Shown here: one piece after another, positions 51,601 through 60,600 of the stretch | Layout of the letters: each line of letters opens with the position of its first letter | How positions within the stretch are numbered: position 1 is the stretch's first letter | Assembly: GCA_053919585.1 (NCBI GenBank) | Contig: CM132807.1 | DNA from: Euprymna scolopes | Taxonomy: Eukaryota | DNA length: 64,000 nt | Strand: one strand, 5' to 3' | Program-made: the position numbers and the translations under genes | Notes under the pieces: generated by a model | Database searches by the model: none | The model's input: the letters and a program-made list of their open reading frames with translations, nothing else | Told to the model about the DNA's origin: nothing

Positions 51601-54600
51601 TCCCTTATTTCTGGAATCTACTAGATAGTGTTGCATTCTGGTCTTCTACATAAACTTTGAGGTTATAGTATTTGTGGTAAAGTTCTTGACATCATTAAGT
51701 CTTTTCTTTCTGATCAAAGCTTTCAAGTAACTCTTTTTTTCCTATCAATGCCAGTGTTCATTTGGGCTCTGTTCTAGATCCAACACTGTTTCTTCGCTTT
51801 ATAAATGACCTTCCAGAGAATATTATTCAGAAAATTAACATTTATGCTGATGACACCACCCTCTATTCTGGTATTGTTTCTCACCCGTTTTACTTGGATC
51901 AGTTGAAATATGCAGTTGATCTAGAAGTTGATTTGCGTTCAGTTGTGGATTGAGGTAAAAAATGGCTTTTATTTAATCCTGTTAAGACTTGGCTATTGTC
52001 TTTCAATCGTAAGCATGTCCTTTTTTCTAGAGATTTTTATTGATGGCTCTGCTCTCAATGAAAATTTGACTCTAAAACTTCTTGATCTTTTTTCTTATCA
52101 AATCTTTCTTTGAGTCCATATTTAGATCCATTGCTCTGTTTCTTGTAAAATCAGTTCTTTATTACTCTAAACACTTTCTCACATTTGAGGCTATTCTCTT
52201 TCTCTACAAATCTATTATCAGACCCTGTATGAAGTATTGTCATATTTGGGCTGGTGAATTTGTATCCCATTTAAATGTTCTTGATATATTGCAGAAACAT
52301 ATCTGTAATTTGATTGGTTCCACTCTTCACTGCAGCCATGTTGGTCTAGTGGTCTCCATCAATTCGCTGTTTAATTACCTCATTATAATACAGCTTCCTA
52401 TTGCAGTAGCTTCTTTCCAAAGACTGCAAAGTTCTGGAACTGTCTGCTCATTGTTTTCCTTCTGCCTACAGCTTTGGCTTACCAAGGTCAATAGGTATTT
52501 TCTGTCTTTGCAATAATCGTCTTTTGTTGTTAGCTCCTTACATAAAGTGGCTTCATGCCTTGCCTTGAGTGATTTCCATAAAAAAAAGAGACACTCCTTG
52601 ATTGGCCATAAAATTTAATTTTCGTTTTTAAAAATTAAGCAACTTGATGAATTTACTTGATTTTTAGTATACAATATTTTCTTTCCGTCATAAGTACATA
52701 CATCATAGATTTTTTTATTTTTTTATTTAGGGGGAATTCTGGACACGCACCAAAAGATGTATAATAGCAATAATTGGATTATTCAGACTCCTGTTTTCAT
52801 CTTGGTTATTTTTTTCACATTTTTGCTGATGTAACCTCCTCTTCAAGTGTATTTTTTTTTTTTAACTTGGATATTTCTATCAGACTTGGAAACTTACATG
52901 AACTTCAAACCAAGATGAAAATTGCAATCCGAATAATACAAATTATTAATTTTCATCTAAAAAATTCTGAACCGTAATTAAAGTTATATTTGAAATAAGA
53001 ATTTGCTTTTTACTTACAAATTGAGAAAATCTGATTCAATTTTTATCAAACTGTAAATAATTGTTGTTAAGTTAAATTGGTTTAATTTCGTTTTTATAAA
53101 ATTATTTGATGCAAATAACTTGAAATTTTTTAACTCTTTTAATTAAATGAGGATTTGTTAGGAATTTTAAAACCTGAAATTTTTTTCAAATCAAAGATTT
53201 AAATACTTCCAAATTTTTTTCAAATTTCAAAGTGTCTCAAAGTAATTCTTTTGTTTCTTGTGTGATAACAAATACAAACTTGTCGACTTATGAAAAAATT
53301 GAAATATATTCTCGTGGATTTAATTTAAAAAAAAAATAGGACTTAATAATTTTGTTTTTTATTTTTTGCCAATAAATAAATTCTAATTCAATATATAATC
53401 AGTTTTTTTATCACGAAAAATACACATTGTTCATATTATTTTGATTATTCTGACTATTGTTCTCATCTTGAGTGTTATTTTTTGTTTATTTTATTTATTT
53501 TATTTTTTTTTTACGTTTTGGTTGATGTAACTGCCAACCTTCAGATGTATCTTGTTGAACTCCATGAATCTGTCTGTCAAACTCTGACTCATGACTAGGT
53601 AGAACTAAGTAATATGCAATTGTATTTAAATGTTGCTCACACCTTCCATATCCAGAAGAGTGTAAATTTTACTGAGTACTTTATCCATATGCCACATGCT
53701 CCCCACATAGGTTAAATAAAACGTCTTGTTCGAAATCCAGTACCAATTCCAGAGTTCGACAAGATACACCTAAAGAAGGTTGGCGGTTACATCAGCAGAA
53801 ACGTTGTTGAAATAACACTTGAGATGAGAACAGTAATTCGAGTAATCCAAATAATGTGAATAATCAATCTTCATCACAAAAATTCAGAAACGCCACATTA
53901 AGTTGTTTAATTATTTAATAATATAGACCTTCCATCCTTTTTTTTTTTTTTCCTCAAAAAATGATTATCTGCCCTTGGTCACCACTTTGAATTTTTTTGA
54001 TAACTACTGTACAAATAAATTAAAATGGATTCAAATTTTGTTTAATTAGGTGCTGCACCTGCTCCCATTATGTCGCCACCTGTTGATAACCAGGTGAGGT
54101 CGGGATCATTCTCAATGAATCAAAGGTAAGATTACTTTAATCAGTAATATATCCTATCCTCAGATTAAAACATTTTGTTGAAAAGAAAACTTATTGTTCA
54201 ATTCTTTGAAAGGGTACATTATTGTAAACAGGATATTTAGGTTAAATAAATCAAGGTATTTATGCAGAATAAGGACCATGTTATTGTTGGATTTTTTTAA
54301 ATGTAAAACACCAAAAGGTGCTAAACTAAGGTTTTGTGTTTTTGTTACATTTTGTGTGCAAATGCTAATTTTTTCAATATAATTATATTATTTCTATTAT
54401 GAAGATAATTCAATAAATAATTAATTAAAAAAAAAAATGAAATATTCTTTTTTTGTTGCAAAAAAAAAAAAAGTACAATTAATAGTTATTGGACAGTTTT
54501 TATGAAAATTTAAGAAAATGAACAATAAAATCAAGAAAAAAAAATCGCTCTTTATAAGAAATTTCATGAATAAATATTTTTTTGCATAACAAACAACTTA

Positions 54601-57600
54601 TTGTTTTGCTTGAGTACCAAACATTTAAAAAAAAAAAATTATTCAATTCTTCTGGAAGGGTTAATTTTTAAAACCAGGATATTTAGATTAGGTAAATATG
54701 GCCAACAGTTTGTGTTAAGTTTACATAGTAAACTAGGTATGCGCAAAAATGGGTGGATAGAGGGACCTAATTTTGAAAGCTGATTTATCATAATTTGTTT
54801 GTAGGTTTTCGACTACTTTTTGATTGTATTTGAAAGATTATAGACTAAAGTTAATTTCCCAAAGGAAAATATATTTGTACACATGAAAAAAAAAAGTTAT
54901 GAAAAATGTTTTCACGGCGAGATAACCAATTTAGCTAAATTTGAAATAAATTCATTGTAAAAATGCTTTAAAAGATAAATAGTTTTCTGGGTATACTTCA
55001 AAGATAATTAGTAAAGTCCTAAGATATTGAAATAAAAAAAAAAAAACACTTTGTTTGTACAGAAAAAAAACCAAAAAAACTTAATTAGCCCCCAAAATCA
55101 AGGGATTCTGCCCTTTGCAAAATTGCAAGAAACGGAGGTTTAGTAAACATCGATTATACGGAAACCCCAAATCTGGAACACTTGAAAGGCTGTCTGAAAA
55201 TTACGTTATATAATTATGAGGTAGGGGTGCTGGTTTTTTTGTTTTCTCCCAGACATGCATCCATACATTTCTATCCTGAACGTTTGTATCATTTTTACCA
55301 TTTTTTAATTTAATTATTTTTCTATGTTCCTGTTTTTGAATTAAAAATTTTTATTTTTATTTTTCAAGATTATGTAAAAATTATGCTGAAAGTTTCACAT
55401 TCATGCAAGCAAGGAAAATATTAGAATCTTACATATAAAAATTATGCAAAACCTGTAATAAAAAAAAAGTAAAAATATTTTTTGCAATTATAATTTTTGT
55501 CTGAAAATATTAAATAAACAATACTTAATTCAATGATAATATCAGTAGTTCAAGAAATTAATTTTTCTTGAGTTACATCGAATTCATTAATATGGAGTTT
55601 AGGGGCTTTTTTCATACTGTTTCTGTAAAAATTAAATAATTATTTTTTAATTGTTATAATTTACGATGCTTTATTTTCATAAAAAAAAAAGCAAAAATAA
55701 ATGCATTTTTTTTTTTTTACTGAAAATCATAACTTTAGTAAAGGTATTTTTTGTTTAACTGAAATAATACATTTCTACTAAGATTTAAATAAAAATAATG
55801 GGTTCATTATATTCCGTGATCATTATTTGATAAATATTGAAAATTTAATTGAAATTGGTTAATTTCCTGATTTTTGGTGAATTTTTAAGTAAAGAGAGGG
55901 ATCAAAATGTTTATACATTTTGAGCATCGGCATTCATTTTGCATGTACCTATAGTAAACTGAATCCAACTGCTAAAAATTTGAGCAAGTAATTTTTTTTA
56001 ATAGCATTTTTTTTTTTTTTTTTAAATAATCTCAAAATTCTATTATTTGATAATATTTTGAAGAAGTAGAAATAAAATTCAGTGAAGAATAATATTTTGT
56101 CAGAATTTTCATATTATATTATTGTTAAAAAATTAAACGTCTGATTCTTTTGATCTGAATTTTTTTTCTGTTGATATATACAATGAAATATCTTTCTTTT
56201 TTTTTTCTAGCCCAGCCCCTTCTCCTTGGGTTATTCCTCCTCAAAATAAACAGAAATATATTCAAATGTTTGCTACGCAAGACCGAAATAAGCAAGGATT
56301 TATTGCAGGTAAGTTTTTTAATTTTGAATACAGGGTATGGATGGTATTTGTTTACCAGGTATACTGTCCAGGAAAAAAAAAGTTTAATTTTAAAAAATTT
56401 TTCTTGGAAACTATTGAACCGATTGAGATGAAATTTTATATCTACCTTTGTTATGACAAACTGTAATTAATAAAATATTATAGCATCCATTTGATAAGGA
56501 TTGCTATTTAAATGTAAAAATGAGCACAAATTTAACCTTATTCAAACATCAATTTTGTATAAAGAATTCATTCTTAGTCAACAGATTATAAATTTTTCCA
56601 TTTTTAATCGGCAAAAATTCTATTTACATATTTTTTTCCCCGCTTTTGCATTAGCATATCTTTTAAACACTTGAAAATTTCACTGAGCTCCATGTTTTGA
56701 ATAATCTTTTCCTTTTTTTTTTTTTTTTTAAATTAAAAAAAAAAAAACTTAACTATTGGACATATTTTTCTCTGAAAATGAATCCATGTGTCTAAATATG
56801 ATCAGTGTGAGGTGTTGGATTATGTAAAAAGAAAATCATAATCAGATTACATAAGCATTAGAAATCCTTTTTTGATTAAATTAAAATTAAGGTTAGGATT
56901 TAAAATGTGTTTGAGGTAGTGACGTCATGTGCAGGAAGTTTTGAGTGGGACGTGACAAATAAGTCTAATCTCTTTGAGTTTTGGTCTGAAAGTAACCAAT
57001 TTCTTTTCTTTTTTTTTTTTTACTTTTCTACTGTAAGGAGTAGACAAACAGAAGTAGAATACTATGTAATCACCTAGAAGAACTTGCAATGTATACTTTA
57101 AAAAGAAAATAAATTTACAAAAGAAATCCAGAGCAAATAATGGTGTTGTTGTCAACACATATGAAGAGACACAATGGAGATAAGTAGAGACTCTACTGCT
57201 ACTATCAGCACACTTCATGACTACTGCTATGGTTGTTGTCCAGAGTTCCCCATAGTAAAAAAAAAAAAAAAAAAAAGAAAGAAAAATCTATATGACGTGC
57301 ATAGCCATGATGAAACAAATGCATATTCCAAAAATCACGTAAATTAATCGAGTAGTTTTATTTTAAAATATGAAAATCAAATTTTATGTCTAACTGTAGA
57401 TCAGCTGTCTTCTCTCTGCCATTTTGAAAACAATCTAAAAAAAAAAATGAAGGGCGATAACTCAATTTAAACTTAGTTATAATAAAGCCTACAAATTTCT
57501 ATTAATCACTTAAAAATTATTTTCTTATGTAAAAATAAAACTACTTGATAAATTGTGATTTTTGGAACATGCTATTTTTGTTTCATCATGGCTATGTACA

Positions 57601-60600
57601 TCATAGATTTTTCTTGTTTTTAACATTGATGTTTGTTTTTTTCTTTCTCTTTGCAAAACTCAATATTATGCAAAGTCAAAAACAAACCTTTTTTCTCCAA
57701 AACAACCAAACTAAACACAGTGAATAAATATTTGAAGATATAAAATACTTGAAGTATAAAAACTTTTTTCCAAAATTATTGGATTCAACATCAAATAACT
57801 TGAAATGGGTTGATATGCGATAAAATAAACTAACTGAATTTCCTTGAACTAATTTTCGTTTTCAAAACTGTAACATGTTACCACAGGATTGTTTTCTTGA
57901 GGGCTACAACATGACCATCTTCACATCCAAATGTCAATAAACACTTTTCATAAACCATTCTAAGTCATCAGATTTCATTAATTCCATGTAATATTTTCAA
58001 TCCATCTATCACTGAATGAAACCACAATACATCAGAAGGAAAGCTTTACGTACTTGGGAAGCATCATTACATCAGATGGTCAATTTGAATCAGACATCAA
58101 ATGCAGAATAACTGTTGCAAAGAAAATATTCATGAATATGAAAGGCGTTTTGGGTGCACAAAATCTGAGTCTTGGAATCAAGAAAAGGCTGCTAAACTAT
58201 TACGTCTGGTCAGTTCTGACAACGGATGTGAGTCTTGGACAATCAACAAAGCGATGAGTGGATGTTTGGAGGCAGCTGAGATGTGGTTCTGTCGATGAAT
58301 GCTTAGCATTTCTTGGACAGAGAGAGTGTCAAATGCTTTAAGTCTTAAAAAGAATGAAGGGCGATCATTTGCTGATGCAGACCATCAAGGAAAGGCAGTG
58401 CTGCTTTGTTGGACACCCATTGCATGAAAAAGAAGACATTGAACAGCACATCTTGGAGAACAAAACTAACGGAAAGAGAGCCAGGCAGGGAAAGGCAAAG
58501 GATAGGGATATTAGACTGGATGTGCAGGGCAATGGGTGTCAATAGTACTATTGGACTCCGAGAACAAGCAATGGACTGAAGCCTATGGAGAACACTAGCT
58601 ATGATTTCATCTACGGCATGAACATGCCATGACATAGGAAGATTTTCAATCCTCCTATAAACTTTTGTCATTCAACAGTCAAGACGAAACATATATTCCA
58701 AAAATTACGTAAATTGATCAAATAGTTTTACGAGTAACAAGAATAGCAGCTGTCTTGCTTGCCATTTTGAAAACAATTTAAAACAAACAAATGGTGATAA
58801 CTCAATAATTCAAACTTGTAAGATTTTTTGTAATGCCTACAAATTTCCATTAATCACTTAAAAATAATTTTATTTATAAAATTAAAACTACTTAATCAAT
58901 TTATATGGTTTTTGGAATATGATATTTTCATTTTGTCACGACTACATACATCATACATATTTTCTTTATATTTGTTTTTAATATAGGGAAATTCCGGATA
59001 AGAACCAAATTGTACTGTTCTATTGTCATTATAAAATTGTAATTCTATAACTTATTTCTAATCTGGTTTATATAAATTTTTTTTTTTTTTTTTTTTTTAA
59101 GGAGTTGATGCCCGCCCATTACTTCTCAATTCTGGTTTACCCCAACCAGTCCTTGCGCAAGTTTGGTAAGTTAAATCTCACTTATTAATATTGGAAAAAA
59201 AAAACAAAAAACTATTTCATTTGTTGTAACCAAGATCATAAGCTAGAGAAGAGTTGAAACTGGACTTTTACGTTTGGCATCCTCGTAACTCTTGCTTTCC
59301 TTATTTTGTCCTTTAGTCCTCACACTCTGTGAGTGATATTTCTGAAAAAGGGTGAAAAATTGCTGTTTTCTGGGTCAAAATCTATTCATCTTCCACTTAA
59401 TGTTGGCTAGTTTTTTTTTTACCTTGGAGCAGTCATTTTTTTTTTCTTGCATCAAGTGGCTTCATACCTTGTCTGTGGCTATTTAAAAAAATGAAATGTA
59501 AATCATCCATATTATTTGGATTCTTCAAACTACAGTTCTCATCTTGAGCGTTATTCGCACAATGTTTCAGCCAATATAATTTCCAACGTTTTTAAGTGTC
59601 TCTTGTCAAATTCAAGAATCTATAGAGAATTTAAAATGGAGACCTTTACTTAATCTGTAAAGATAGCATCCTCTTGTGACTGTCAGCCATGACTACGTAG
59701 AAATCCTAAGTAATTCGCAATTGTATTTTGAATATCATCCACTGAGGATTGAACCTTCAACCTCCAGACAAGTGTAACTTAAACTGAATTTTAACAAGTA
59801 TTCAGTTACAAGTTATACTCTTCTAGAGGTTGAAGGTTCAATCCTCAGTATGGACGACATTAAAAATACAACTGTAAATTATTCAGGACTTCTTCTCGGG
59901 CATGGCTGACAGAACAAGACTATGCTATCCCCATCAATTAAATAAAGGGTTTCGTTAGGGAGTAGATAGGCTGTTTATCGCCCGGCTTTCATACTCCTTT
60001 GCCCATTAGCCAGGCGCAGAGCTGCTATCACAGGGACTTGACAGAAACACCCAGTGGTCGACCTTGTTTCCTGACTAGGGCAATGAACGCCATTTTCCCC
60101 GCTCCCGCCACATCTCATCCCCTGAAACTGGGCACTGTAGGGGTGCTTGAGTGCCATATGTGCCATTGCAATTGGATTTGGTTGACTTTTGTCTGATGGG
60201 TTGAGGGTACCAGATTGACAGTTCCTGGCTGCTGTTTCTGACTGATAGTACAGGAGCCCTAACTCTTTGGTAGCGCTTAGAACGGCTGCCCCATCAACTG
60301 TTGTATAATATCGGGATGATTGTAGTGCCATGTTGTGCATGGAAAGGGACCCTGCATTCATTTCCCATGGGCTTTCCTGAGGCCACAATCCTATAGATGA
60401 TGAATAAGCTGATGGTCTACTTGTATTGTATGTCTGGTATTCTGCAGAACCACTTGTCCAGCAGCTTTCACCCTAATTGATACTTTTAAATCTGCTCATC
60501 TCTCTTCATGATGTCCCTGCAACTTATGTCCCCGATAGAAAGATATTTCAAAGTGGCATTGTGCCTTGTTTGTGGTGAAAATTGAATAAAAAAATTTAAA

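Noticed and set aside
54091-54100. Alternative donor CAG|GTGAGG inside the exon
   Set aside because: Phase 0, incompatible with the next EH2 exon, so it would frameshift.
59975-60470. 137-aa ORF as a nested gene
   Set aside because: No recognisable domain or splice structure; the upstream - strand sequence resembles a LINE C-terminus (KLLDKW..IPD), so it is probably a retroelement 3'UTR.
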